A stretch of 44,250 nt of DNA from Spirogloea muscicola. Lineage: Eukaryota. The stretch lies in the NCBI GenBank assembly GCA_009602725.1, contig WELB01000031.1, positions 131,736 to 175,985 on the forward strand, written 5' to 3'. A model generated the notes under the pieces. That model had not been told where the DNA came from and ran no database searches. It saw nothing but the letters and a program-made list of their open reading frames with translations. Below are positions 23,598-37,200 of this stretch, piece by piece; the stretch's first letter is position 1, and every line of letters starts with the position of its first letter. Made by a program: the position numbers and the translations under genes.

Positions 23598-24369
23598 TAG
23601 CGGCTTTCTGCTGGCTTGTATTTCAAGGGAGTTGCTGCTACCCACATCATGGCGCGAAGCCTGTTGTTGGGAGCTCAGATGCGATGTCCTCACTCCAGCG
23701 GGCAGTAGTCACAGTGAGGCCTGGCAGGCCAGGGTGGAGTTTCAAGCATTTATTGCTTATGCCTCAGGTCAAAGCAGGCATCTGGAGTAGCAATGGGATC
23801 CTCTAGTCCGCCAGATTGGAGCTAACAGCTTCATTCCTGTCCGTCACAAGCTCATTCCTTTCAAGACAGCAGTGCACATTGGCACTGCCCTTGTGGACGA
23901 GCTCTGTGGACCCAAAAAATGCGTGTGCACAGGCTCAGACAACAACTAGTCCAGCAAAGGTCTCAAAGTGCTCTAGCTCATAAGCAGTCCGCACAGAGAC
24001 ACTCTTATCTCAAGCCCAGCTTGCCCGCCTCTTCACATAGGGGGCGTGCTAGCACCGTCTGCCGAAGCATTGTGCTTGTCAATGTCTTTACTCTGAATAG
24101 CAAGACCCTGAAATTGCACATTGCAAGTCATGTTAGAGGACAGCCCAGATACAATTGACAGCTCACCCGTACTTCTGTAACGTCAGGCAGGTCAATCACA
24201 GCAGAAGCCCTATTCTTGTAATGTGCAGGCAGCGAGGCACTGCAATGGCTGTCCTGGGCGAAGTTTGCAGGCAGCTATCTTGGGAGGCAACTCACCTGGC
24301 CATCAAAAGGAATGTTGTCTTGTTCCTGGCGCAATGTGGGGTTGCATCATGAGGGCAGCCGAAGGAAGG

Positions 24370-25567
24370 CTAATGTAGGCTCACACGGCTGATAGCGACA
24401 ACCTTGTGGAAGTCTTCAAGGCTCAGCTGCAGGTGGCGAGCCCATGAAACATCAGGTGAAAGCAAACCACTGAGATAGACCTTGGCCACTTCTGATCTTC
24501 GCTGGCTAGAATGAATGATGTGCAAGACACAACGACAGAACTCACTATGGAGCAACGATGCCTTGAGAGCATCTGCAAATTGCGCTGCTTTTGAGTTGAC
24601 CCAGCGTGGAGGTGCTGCCTGTCTGAGACCCACCTTCCCGCTGCCAGTGCCATCAAAAAAGTCGATCATGTCCTGCACCTCGTCGTCACCCCAGCAGTAG
24701 TCGTGTGCCAATGCCACTCGGTCGATGTCGCGGGCGGAGATGCCGCCGCTCGCGCGCTCTGCGGCCGCCGCAATGCTGCAAAAGGTCAGGATCATGTAAA
24801 AGATCACCCGGGCCACCAGAAGCATTCCCAAATAAACAACAATCGTGTCCAGGGCCGGTCTGCCGGACCGTTGAAGCTGAAGAAGAGCGCTGCAACCTCG
24901 CCCTCCGTCAATGGGGCCACGGCGCGGCTGCCTGGTGCCGCCCTCCGCCGCTGCAAGCGTCACGTTTCTCAATAGCGGAGGCCTCATCAGACTAGGAACA
25001 GCAGCAGATTGGGAAGAAAGGGTCAGGCCACGACCCCCATTGCTGCAGCCGAGGCGCAACGAACAGGCAACAGCATTTAGTAACGAGCAGCATCACCTTG
25101 GCCCTGATGGGTGCACGAGCCGAAAGCCCGTCGGCACAGTCAGACGTCGCCTCCGGCGCATGGTGGGCCGGCATGGGAGGTGCCTGCGGCTGGAGCAGCG
25201 GCAGCTGTCCCGCAGCAGCAGTGCCAGGCGCAGAGAGCCCCGGCTGCGACGCGGCTGGGGGAGCAGCCGTGGTCGGCAGCGGCGACGGCAGCTGCGGCGC
25301 CCCCAGCGACAGCGCCAGGGCCTGCGGCAGAGGCAGAAGCTGAAGTGAATTGGTTCCAAGGCCAAGCGTTGACAGTATTCCGCCAAGTGGCTAAGGCTTC
25401 GGTTTTTCATATCTACACACGGAGGTTCGAATCCCCGACATGCACGCAACCGGCAGGCCAGGCACCTGCTGCAGCGCGAGCTCCTCGTCGTCGTCGTCGC
25501 CGTCGACGGCGGCGGCGGCAACGGTGGCGGCCATGGCGGGGGACAGCCGCCGCCGCCGCCGCCGCCG
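24370..25567 (-). CDS. EF-hand protein with an N-terminal ubiquitin-interacting-motif-like segment; start probably at or in the gap
   Basis: The spliced frame reads DDDDEELALQQ|ALALSLG (UIM-like), a Pro/Ala linker, then LTEGEVAALFFSFN|ERASGGISARDIDRVALAHDYCWGDDEVQDMIDFFDGTGSGK|LSLEDFHKVV...LH*, a pair of EF-hand-like loops. Confidence 0.8.
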
Positions 25568-26550
<983 letters not shown>

Positions 26551-26551
26551 C

Positions 26552-27697
26552 CACACCGGCGCACTCGCCGCGCTCGCCGCCGCGCCGGGCCTGGTCCTGG
26601 CGCTGCCCTGGTTCGTCGCCCTCTGGGCGCTGCGGGCCAGCGCCCGGGAGGCCCTTGCCGCGCTCGTCGCCGGTCTCGCCTACGTCTACGGCACGACGCT
26701 GGCCGCCGTCTACCTCAGCTTCAGCTTCGCGCAAGCGGCGTACGCAGTGGTCCTGTTCCACGCTGCCGCCGCCGGCGCAGCCCGTGCAGTCCGGCTCGTC
26801 GCCCGCGCCCCGCAGCACGGCGCGTCGCTGGTCATGCTGGCCGACAGCCTGCCGGACGGCGCAGCTGCGGCCGTGAGCGCCGGCGTGCATGCCATCGGGC
26901 TCCTGTCCGGTGCCACGCTGGCCCTCTCGTCCGTCAATGGCAGCCTCCTGGCTGCCAAGGTGGCTGCCGCCTGGGGCGCGCCGCCGTGGCTGGCCGCCAT
27001 GCTGCCGGTCGCTGCGGTCTTCCTGCTGGTTGCCGCAGAGGTCCATGGCGGCCTGCTGTCCTGCGGCCTCTGCGCTGCCGTTGGGCTTCCCTCCCGCCTC
27101 ACCGCCGCGCTGGCAGCGTTCGCCGACCGCCTCGACGTGGCTCTCGGCCGCGTCGTACCCAGCCACACCCGCTCTGTGCGGTACAGCCTCCGGACCTGGC
27201 GGCGCGTGTACTATCGTGAGGCCGAGCCCGGCGGTGGATCGACCTCATGGCTGCTCCAGGCACTGCGGCGTATGCTTACAGGCAAGGCCATGAGCACCAG
27301 GTGGGGCTCTTCACGGCAGGAAGTTGTCGGGGCAGATGCGGCCAACTCAGAGGACGATGATCCCACATGGTCGCTTGGGCCGGGCGGCGGCGACGGCACT
27401 GCCAGCAGCAGCAGCAGCTTGTCAGAGGGCCGTGGAGACGCCGCAGACGAGGACTTGACTGACGATGGTCAGGGCGGCGGAGAGAGCGGGCCGCCGTTGC
27501 CAGAGTGGGAGTGGCTGGCGGACGAGGGGTTGTCGCTCGGTGAGGCATTGGCGCTGCAGCGATGCCCAGTCTGCCTCTGCGCACGCTCGCGCATGGCTCT
27601 GGGCTGTGGTCACCAGGTGTGTCGCACGTGCGGAGCAGGCATCTCGCGCTGCCCACTCTGCCGCAGGGCTGTGTCATTCCGCCTCGAGCTCTTCTAA
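26552..27697 (+). CDS. Multi-pass membrane protein with a C-terminal RING-HC finger (putative E3 ligase); 5' end in the gap
   Basis: An uninterrupted frame from the gap edge has several hydrophobic helices, an acidic linker and CPVCLCARSRMALGCGHQVCRTCGAGISRCPLCR (C3HC4), ending RLELF*. Confidence 0.85.
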   Translation, partial: HTGALAALAAAPGLVLALPWFVALWALRASAREALAALVAGLAYVYGTTLAAVYLSFSFAQAAYAVVLFHAAAAGAARAVRLVARAPQHGASLVMLADSLPDGAAAAVSAGVHAIGLLSGATLALSSVNGSLLAAKVAAAWGAPPWLAAMLPVAAVFLLVAAEVHGGLLSCGLCAAVGLPSRLTAALAAFADRLDVALGRVVPSHTRSVRYSLRTWRRVYYREAEPGGGSTSWLLQALRRMLTGKAMSTRWGSSRQEVVGADAANSEDDDPTWSLGPGGGDGTASSSSSLSEGRGDAADEDLTDDGQGGGESGPPLPEWEWLADEGLSLGEALALQRCPVCLCARSRMALGCGHQVCRTCGAGISRCPLCRRAVSFRLELF

Positions 27698-28296
27698 TGC
27701 TGCAGTGCTCTGCCTCGCGGCGTTAATGCTCTGAGTACTTAAGAAATACGAACTTGTACATATTGCTAATACCAGACACCACGTCACACTTAAGTTTCAT
27801 CAGATGCTCACACTGTGTTGTGAGCAGAGCCTCACAAAACGGCACCTTGAGTCTGGTGGCTAATCTTCCAGGAGATTTCAGGGTCAGGGTTGGCCAGCTC
27901 AGAAGGCAGGCCCATTTGACTCAGGGCAACTAAGGTAAGGTCGTTTGTCTAAACAGCGAAAGCAAGCTGAGGAAAGGTGGACTCGCACTTGCAGAGGCAG
28001 CCTCTGTGGAAGTGCCATCCTTTGCATATTGTGCACACTTGGATGCATATTGTACACACTGGGAGGCCCTAATGAAATTCCAACTGACAATATTAACCAT
28101 ATATTAAGAAGACTTCCAATGGTGAAGAAAATAGAGGTTGAGGCATTCTCTTTGTACAAACGCACCACACTGTCCTGGAAGAGGAGGGAGGCGGGGGGTG
28201 GGGGCCTAATACCACGTCACGCGTATGTTCAGGAGCTCCACTTGAACTGTCTACAATACTAGCATCAATAGTCACAGAAACCGAAGGCCTGACCCG

Positions 28297-31200
28297 TCAC
28301 TCCCTGCCGCTGCCGCTGCGCGCGAAGGACGAGTTCACGGGCGTGTTGTTGAAGTCCGCCGAACCGCGCCAGTTGATGCGCTGGTCGAGCGACTTGAGCG
28401 CCGACGGCAGCAGCTGGTTGCTGCCGTCCCTTGTAGGCTCCCCGGGCTTGCCCGCGGGCGGCATGTCTCGCTTCTTCATCGAGCGCTTGATGTTCGCGTC
28501 CGCTTCCTTGTTGTCGGTCCAGCCCCCAATCTGACGCACCTTGGCCACCCGCTGCTTCAGTAGCGTGCTTGGGTCCAGCTCTAGCAGCTCCTGCAATCAC
28601 ACCGAGCCACTTGAACTTTACAGAACCTGAAGTACAAGCTCTCTCTCCGATTTCCCATCCAGCCGAGGCAGGATATGGGGCCACTGGATAAGAGTCATGT
28701 AAGAGAACGTTGCCAGATACTGATACCCATCAGATGCCGCAGATCCAGTCCAGCATTTGTGTGCTCCATCTAACATCACTGACATGCATCCATTGGCCGA
28801 TGACCTGCTTAGTACAGTGCTTGTACTTCAGTCTGCTCCTTAAGCAGGCGTATAAACAGGGACTGCCCAGAACCTGTGCAACAATCCCCTGATACGTACA
28901 TGCATTTGAGCCATGATGGCAGTCTTGATGTTCTGCGAGGCTGCTAAGGGGTCCGCATGTGCACCTCCCAAAGGCTCCTGAAGACGAAGACGAGCCATTA
29001 TTTGATTTGGATATGCTGATATTATGACAATCTTTGTCCATGCTAAACCTCCTCCACATGCAGTATGGCAGTCCTATGCATACGGGAGGCAGGATATTTG
29101 TGAGAGGAGGCAGTAAGCATACCGGAATAATTGCGTCGCAGACCTTGAGCTTCATCAATTCCTGTCCTGTGATCTTCAGAGCTTCAGTAGCCTGCCAGTT
29201 CAAAAGAGGGTGCAAGATAGAATGTGAGATTATCAACTCCGGAAGCACGCATGCCCCCCGTGCATCCACCACCATGCAGCCTCGCACAGCACACGCTGGA
29301 CAGATCTCGGCAACTTGTGCAGAACCAAGATAGGTGGCTCTCTGAAGAGCTAAAGGCTATGCTTGCTGCAGACCTTGGGAGCTGCGCTGGCAGTCTTCCA
29401 GAGAATGGCAGCGCACGCTTCGGGGCTGCCACCAAGCAAAAGCAGGTATAGAAATTCACGTGACTTACAACACAAGCAAATGAATGTCTGCCAACACCAA
29501 GCTCACCCAATGTCTGTCCTAGCGCCTGATAGTGCAAGTTTCCCTGCGCGTAGCCTTCCTCAATAATGCCAACATTAAGCAAGCTGCGGCAATGACTGAG
29601 AAACCTGTGAATGTGCTCTCTGTGCTGCTGACCTTGCCACATAGTAGACTGAGTTCTCCAGCATGAGCATCCGGTCACAGCAGCCGATAGCGAGCGCCCC
29701 TCCAGAGCCGCCTTCCCCAATGACCACAGAGACAGTTGGGACCCTCAAGCCGTACATCTCGCGGAGGTTGTGCGCAATAGCCTCCCCCTGAGGCGCGGAG
29801 ACAGAGGCTCCGCATTGGTCCGACAACCAAATGCCATTGTGGCACAGACGTGCATTGCAACATGCAGCACATCAGACTGTCGTCCCAAAAAGGGCCCAGA
29901 GGAGCACTGACTACAACCCCACTGGCAACACTCGCTCTGGCAGCTAGGGAAACCTCTGCCACTCCTTGCACTTGATTTTGGAGTAGTCTTAGGAGAACGA
30001 TAAGCTTGCTGCACTCAAGACTCTGTGCCTAATCCTCATATCGACGTCTTACATCCTCAGCTCAAACAGGTGGAGGTATTGGAAGATGGTAGTCACCTGT
30101 CCAAGCTCCTCGGCCGAAACCCCAGCGTAGGCACCCGGAGTGTCAACAAACGTCAGGATGGGGAAGCCATGATGGTCCGCATGCCTCATCATCCTCAGCG
30201 CTTTTCGGTACCTGCGCTTGCCACCCACAATGAGCAACCTCAGCTGCTGCCGTCGTACACTGATCGTCCCTCAATCAACTTGGGACCACGCCGCCCTTGA
30301 CTTCACACTTTAAGTCTCTCAGTGAAGCAGATGGACCTTGGTTTCTTCACACGCTTGTGACATTTCTCATGAGCCACTGGTAGTGAAACTCAGGTGGACC
30401 AAATTCTTAAGAATTTACATGTGGAGCAGCACAGGATGAGATCTAATTTGCATCATCATTGTCAAGGCTGGGCCGTGTAATTTAGCAAGGCCACATGTCC
30501 CTCCAAGGTCTCACCCATTGGGCGTGGGCATGCCAAAGTTGCGATGGATGTTCTCCTTGGTGTTGCGGCCCTTTTGGTGGCCCATGAGCATGAAGCTCAT
30601 GCCGTCGATGCGGCCGAGCCCGCAGACCAGAGCCGGGTCATCATAGCCGCCCCGGTCGCCATGAAGCTCCACCCACTGAGCACAGAAGGTGGCTCAGGAG
30701 CCACAGGAACATGTTACAATTGCTTCTGCAGGAGGCTCACGGAGTACAGGAATGGCATGCTGGCTACGTGATGCCAGTATCTCCTTCTTTCAGTCACCAC
30801 AAAGGGTAAGGCATGCTTTCACACGACATAGTGTATGATCGAAGCAATTACTTGCGTGCATTGCAGACGTGCATGAGACGGCCAGGGCTAGGTCACCTTG
30901 TCAGTGATATTCATGACGTGGTCAAGGAATGTGGGCCGGTTCGGATGCCGGGCCACGGCCAGGCGCTGTACGGGCGTGAGCCGCTGGTACGTGTCGCGCC
31001 TCACCTGCCATGAGTGCTCCAATGCATCAGTGCATCAGTGAGGAGCCACACAGAAAAGCTGGCCTGGACCTGCAATGCCAGCCTTCTGCGGCGCAGCCAT
31101 GGAGACATGAGGAGCTGACGGATGCGAGCCGAGCTGGCCATGGCTAGGCCGCGCACCTTGTCATACTTTGTCCCCAGCTCCCGAATCTGCTCGCTGAAGT

Positions 31201-31661
31201 CCATGCCGGTCTTCTTGGCCAGCGCCCGCACCTGCAGCCAGCGAGACGGGGTGAATGCCCACTCGCAGCCGACAGCGTCGTTTGCAAAACGCAGCAGCAA
31301 GCATACATGGCAGAGGTCGAACCGAGCACACAAGTGTGCGGCGGTGGGATCCTAGGAGTGCGGCGTGCATGCCACTGACCTCCTCGATCTTCTTCTCGAG
31401 CTCCACGAGCTCGCGCTCGAAGGGCAGCGTCACGGGCTTGGCGGACTTGTTGGGGACCTGCTTGAACTTGGAGAGGAAGGCCAGGAAGCCGTGCTCCTCC
31501 GCCTTGTACTTGTCCGGCCACGGGTAGTCCGGGTCCATGGGCGCGCGCTTCGTCTTCCGGATCTTGGCCCGCACCAGCACCGCGCCCGCGCCCGGCCGCA
31601 CCTCCGGCTGCGCCGCGCCCGCCGCTGCCCTCAGGAATGCCGCGCTCGGCGCCGCGCGGCC
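28297..31661 (-). CDS. accA: Plastid heteromeric acetyl-CoA carboxylase carboxyltransferase alpha subunit; start lost at the N join at 31662
   Basis: Ten exons with GT-AG introns encode [124 protein letters not shown] and [12 protein letters not shown]. Confidence 0.97.
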
Positions 31662-32271
31662 NATGACGCCCGCGAGCGGGATGAAGATGTGCACAAAGTA
31701 CACGCTCATCTCGGGCGGAGTCCACGACACGGCCGCCCCGGAGTCAGCCATGTCGTACGGCGGCGGCGGCGGCGGCGGCGACGGCGGCGGCGGCGGCGGG
31801 GGCGGCGGCGGCGGCGGCGGGGACTTCACCGCGGGGGAGCTCGGGGGCTTTGGCCGGTAAGGAGCCTCCCATTTGGTCAAACTGTGCCCCCACCCCCGCG
31901 TCAGTCCTAGCCCCTGCCGGGGGCGCAAAAGCAGCTCTCTGCCCCCAAAGCGCCTCCCCACCACTTCCCCCTCCTGGAGGAGTCGCGACACCACGGGATC
32001 CTTTCACAGCGTGTCAAACAGCCTGCCAGATTCCCCCCGCCTCGGCCTCCCGGGAACCGGACTGCAAGGGCCCGTCTGCATCATCCGTTCCTCCTCTGCG
32101 GGCCTCGACACCGAGCGAGCAGCCTCGGGTTATCTAATGAACGAATCCCCTCAGCGAAGCTCATGAATGGAGTAAGGATGATCATTAGTAAGTCGCACCT
32201 TCCAATTTCAACCGCCCCTGCCAGCCCCCAGGCGACGGAGGCCCGCAGAGGAGTTGGCCGGCCCCGTCAGC

Positions 32272-32354
32272 GCCACGTGGCGACCGCCCACTGCCCCCTG
32301 CCGTGCCAGCGAGGACGACAGTTGCGGGCCACCGCCGAGCGCGGGAAACCCTAG
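32272..32354. promoter_or_regulatory. G-box and telo-box upstream of the accA locus
   Basis: GCCACGTGGC at 32272-32281 and AAACCCTAG at 32346-32354 are both established plant promoter motifs. Function here is inferred. Confidence 0.35.
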
Positions 32355-32704
32355 ATTCACACACTGGACGGCTCACACTCCAAGCTCCACGCTGCCGTGA
32401 GATCTACTTGATCGGATGGCTGCAAGCTAGCACGCCACGCTGCTTCTCCTCGTGAGCCGCCTCGTTGTTGGGAACGCGCGGGCCGCCAACGTTGAGTGGC
32501 GGTGGAGTCCGTCGTGAGGGCGGGAGCACTGCCATCGAACGAGAAGCTCTTGCAGAGGGTGGCGCTGTGAATGGCCGCCCAAATGGGTGGAAGAAATAGC
32601 TCACGTGATACACGGTAATGGCTGTGATATGCCTGCCCAAACGAATCAACCAAGGTCTGAAGTGGCCGGAAGTTGCAAATGAGAAAGACAGGGTCCACAG
32701 AGTT

Positions 32705-33125
32705 CAGGAAGCGCGGCCAGATTGACTGGTGGCTGGGAAAGGCCAGCCCAAAGGAATGGACAAGGTCCGAAGGAGCCGGAGTGCGAAGGACTTGGACTAA
32801 GACATCAGCCAGGGAATGCTCAGTAACCTCTAGTCAGGAGATGCAAGTCTGAGTAGCTAGCCGGCGGAAAGACGTCGCCCTGACGGAAGCCGGAGGCCGC
32901 CGCCAAAGCTCGGCCTGTGCGCAAGTGAACCGCGAAGGCAAGGGACCGCTGCATCGAGATGGCCAGACGCATTCGGAAGACTTGAGCGAGAGACCCGGCG
33001 ACGTTGAAGCCGGGCTGCTCGCCCTGCTGCCCGAGGCGGCGGGCCGCTGCACGCCGCGCAAGGCGTTGGAGCAAGTCAAGCCAGTTCGAGCCAAAGGGTC
33101 CGTGCACGTCGATCGCCAGTGGACA
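32705..33125 (-). mobile_element. 5'-truncated 3' end of an RLE-type (CRE-like) non-LTR retrotransposon, family 2
   Basis: Open frame PLAIDVHGPFGSNWLDLLQRLARRAA...FRMRLAISMQRSLAFAVHLRTGRAL...SYSDLHLLTRGY* (stop 32820), then a 3' UTR with the stem-loop at 32731-32748. The last ~175 bp closely match 40622-40797 in inverted orientation. Confidence 0.8.
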
Positions 33126-34225
33126 ACAGTTCCCGCTGAGGGTATGCTGTCGCTTCATAAGCCTGCTGCGCAAATTGTAGGAGACACTGAACTTTTACAG
33201 AGGCTTCAAGCCACCTCCCCCAGAGAAGCACCTTAAAATATTTAGCAAGCTCTCACTTTTCGTGTCATTGCGTCATAACGATATCGAATTAACAGATTTA
33301 AGTCTGTTGTGTATCTTCGACAAGCGATAGAAGCGTCTTGGGGAAATGGGTGAACACGGCAAATTCAAACTTTGAATACTTCAGGAGGTTTGAATCTCTT
33401 TTCAAATGGCTGCAATTTGCTCGATATTCAGCAGACTCAGCGCTGCTGGGTGAGGTACCGTAGATGTTGTGGCCCTTAATGAGCAGTGCCATCGTTTGCA
33501 CGGGGTCTTACAGGCAACCAGAATCCATGAAACTACCGGTACTTAACGGGAAGTGGCACGGACGAAGAGCTTTACTACGCCATGACAACTTCCTTACTGT
33601 CAAGAGTCAAAGGAGCTAGGCTATGATCCAGATCGAGATATTCAGATCCAAATTTTTATTGAGAATTGAATACATCGTACTTCAACCAGATTGCTTACAT
33701 TGCAGATTGTATTCATTGGCTTTTGGGAAGAGCAAATTGTTGAAAGGCTGGCGATGCAATTGCCAAGCAGATTGATTTCCTATCTGCGAGCAACAAATTT
33801 GCATGATGTGCCCACAATCATACTTGTTTCAGATTAGACAGCAGATGATCGAAAACCATAGTAGATAGTATATTTAAGGATCACTGGCAAGCTACTTGCA
33901 AGCGGTGCACTGACACCCCACTCGGTGTTGCAAAGAGTCAAAAAGGTAAAGAGACTATTCACGTGAGCATGGTAAAGAATGAAAGATTGTTGAGGTTGAT
34001 AAAAAATGCAGCAGACTTCAATCCAGTTTTCATCATACTTATTTGTTCCTCTTTCACGTCTTAACGCCTTCGTACTCAGGGTGCTGCCAGATTCTAGCAG
34101 CATCGAGTAAATACGGAAGCAAGGATCAGCAAGATCATTTAGAGCCTCTGGCCTTAGTGTACGCCCACAAGCTTCAGGAACTTGACTTCCTCCACGTCAG
34201 TAGCTTGTATAATTTGCTCACTCAG

Positions 34226-37200
34226 CTATTTCTTCTTGTAGAAGCTGGTGCAAACCTTGGCCGACCTCTGCAACATGATGCAACAACACCGCTTAGTATC
34301 TCAGGTGACATGGATGTGAACAAGTTTTCCCACTTCAGACCCATATCCTGCAGCAAGATCTGCGCAGTGAACCTTACACCATCCACAAGGCAAAGACCAC
34401 GAGGTGATGTTTAATAGTGCCACTGCACATCTGACGCATGATGTGCAACGCAGGGCACTTAGAAGTACTCCACTATCAGGCTTAATGGCAAAGGCATGTA
34501 GCCAGAAAATAGTTGCTAATACCTGAGGTGCTCCCGTGCAGGGCGCCTTAGTGCTGGGGCAGCTGCTGAGGCAGTTCAGCGTGAAGTTACCCAACTGCAC
34601 ACATTGTCTTCCGAAGTCATCAGCGTCCAGATTTTTACCATGATACCAATTCTGCTGCGCTTGCCTGGCGAAGTCAATGAAACGCTCACTTACCACAGCA
34701 TGACAAGGAAGTGTTAAAATGAAGCGTTTAAATGATAATTGCAGAAAATGAAAGGCCTTCCTATCGTACTTGGAAGGTGCTGGCGTTGAGGGCAGGAGCA
34801 GTGCCATTGAAGTAATTATCTTGGAGATAGGCCGTCGCTTCATTGACTAGGGGAGGGATGGGGCCGCTGAGCCTGTTTGAGGAGAGGTTAAGCAGCTGTA
34901 GGGACTTTGTGGCCACCAGGCCCGTTGGAAGCGGCCCACTGAGAGTGTTGTGCGCCAGATTGAGGTCAGAGACCTGTCAAGAGGCTCGCAAACGACCAGG
35001 ACGTCTGAGATGCCAGAAATGTTACAACAGGAGGTTGAACACATGAGACAATCCATTAGATTTTGCATGCCATACCCAAGCGTACTGGCAATATTACCTG
35101 TGGGAGCGGGAGGAGGGACCCAGGTAGTGACCCAGACAAATGATTGAAGCTGGCATCGATTGAACTGATGTTCTTGGGAAACAACAAAGTGCTGAAAGGC
35201 CCACGGAAGCGGTTGCCAGACAGGTCAACCGTGAAAAGGCTGGGGCAGAGTGTCAAATTAGGGAGCAGTCCGCTCAGGCGGTTGCTGCCCACCAGCAGCC
35301 TGCACGCATCCAAACCCCTGACAGTATAAGACCTCCTGGGAACCTTCTTTGCAAGGGTGTTAGTCATGCCACTGACAACAGTTTCTCGAACAGAGCATTC
35401 TAGCAGAGCAATAAAAGTGTGAACCATCTACACTGTACAAAGCTTTTGTGCAGTGACAAGTGCAGTGCAAGTTGCACTTACTGAGACACGCTGCTCAGCG
35501 CCCTCAGAGCAGTTGGGTAACTGCCCGAAAACTTGTTCTGCTGAAGCCCAAGCACCTGCAGCTCTGCAACAAAAAGTGGTGGTTTTTATTGAAAAGATCA
35601 TGAGATTCAGCAGTTGAGAAAGCTTAGGAATCAGACATGCTTACCACGTTGCAAGTGTTTGAGGCAGATGTGGGCTCAGTGCTTTCACGGAGAAGGCAAA
35701 TTAGCAATTCTGTGACTGGAAATGAGTAGCAAGGGCACGGGCAGACGAAGAGGGGCACAACTGCGTAAAAGCATAGAACCACTCACTGGGTAGCCCGTTC
35801 AGGTGCTTTGCAGGAATGGAACCGGACAGGCGGTTGCCGCCAAGATTGAGAACGACGAGGGACTTTAGCTGATTGAGGTCTGTGCAAACAGATTAGCACC
35901 AGGATGAGTTGTGATTATTCCAAGTCCTATCCCAACAGCGGCCTGAACATTCCTGCATGGAAGCTTGTTTGTAAGTAAGCAGGCAGGCACGAACCGGGGA
36001 TGCTCCCTGAGAAGCGGTTGGAAGATAGCTCCAGCTGTGTCAGCTGGGTTAGCTTGTTAAGCCAGGAAGGAAGCGAGCCGCTGAGCCGGTTCTGGCCAAG
36101 GTCGAGTGTGGTCAAGCGTGTGAGCTTGCTCAGATTGGGGAGGTTGTCAGTGAAGTTGCCTCCGCTCGCTTCCAGATTCTGCCACTTGAGGCGAGACACT
36201 AATCAAAAGGTTGAGTATGGCTGAAGGTCAAAGCAACATTAATAGCCTCACAATTTCGGGTGCCGACGAGCTGGGAGCTAGAGGTGCCGTGCAACCAAGA
36301 CGCCACGAACCGTGAGGAGGACGAGGTCGCCCAAGTCCGCAGGCAGCCTGCCGCCAAAGTTCTGGTACGCGAACGTGATGGACGTGAGCGCGGTAAGGCG
36401 GCCGATGCCTTCCGAGAGCAGCTTGCCGACGATGGGCGGCAGGCCGGTGGGCGGGCCCTTGGGACCGGGCTCTGGGATGAAGATGGCTGCGGCGACAATG
36501 GCAACCAATCGTGAGCACAAAGGGCATGGAGTGTGTACCAAGATGGAGTGTGTACCAAGTGATGGAGGGCCTGAGTGGCCAAGTACGAAGGCAAGCACAG
36601 TGACCGCTGTACATTAAGTGCTGCTAATTTACCCGCTCAGTAATCACGAGTCAGCACGTAGAGGTCACTAACTGATGCCCAAAGGTAAACTGATGCACAA
36701 AGGCAACTGCCTCGGGACTTCCTGCAGCTCTCCCCCCTAGCCTAGCCTGCAATTTAGCTCTTCTGAGGGCCCAATTTCCAGCTTGTAAGAAAGGCCGACA
36801 GAAGCTCAAGTACAAGCTCTTCGTGGACGGGCTCGTCTCACCGGTGACGCGCCTGTTGGTGGCGCCGCTGCTGCAGGTGATGCCGTAGTAGCCGGAGTCG
36901 CAGGGGTCGGAGGTGAAGGTCCAGTTCTTGAGCAGGCCGGCGGGGTCGGAGGTGACGCCGGCCTTGAAGTGCTTGAGCGCCGCGACGTCGCCGGCGCTCG
37001 TCGCCGCGTGCGCCTCGCCCGCCGCCAGCAGCACCTGCTAGGAGAAGCGAGTGGTAAGAGCGGGAATCCAAAGGCGGCACAGCCCAAGCTCCGCGCTCCG
37101 ATAGCTGGGAGCTGGGAGCTGGGAGCTGGGAGCTGGGAGCTGGGAGCTGGGAGCTGGGAGCTGGGAGCTGGGAGCTGGGAGCTGGGAGCTGGGAGCTGGG

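Noticed and set aside
32790..32815. CTGATG in element 3' UTRs as a possible hammerhead ribozyme core
   Set aside because: No CUGANGA plus GAAA core with three flanking stems could be assembled by eye.
32357..33830. ORFs 32357-32698 and 33298-33501 as genes
   Set aside because: No recognisable motifs, non-ATG starts and no convincing splice structure.
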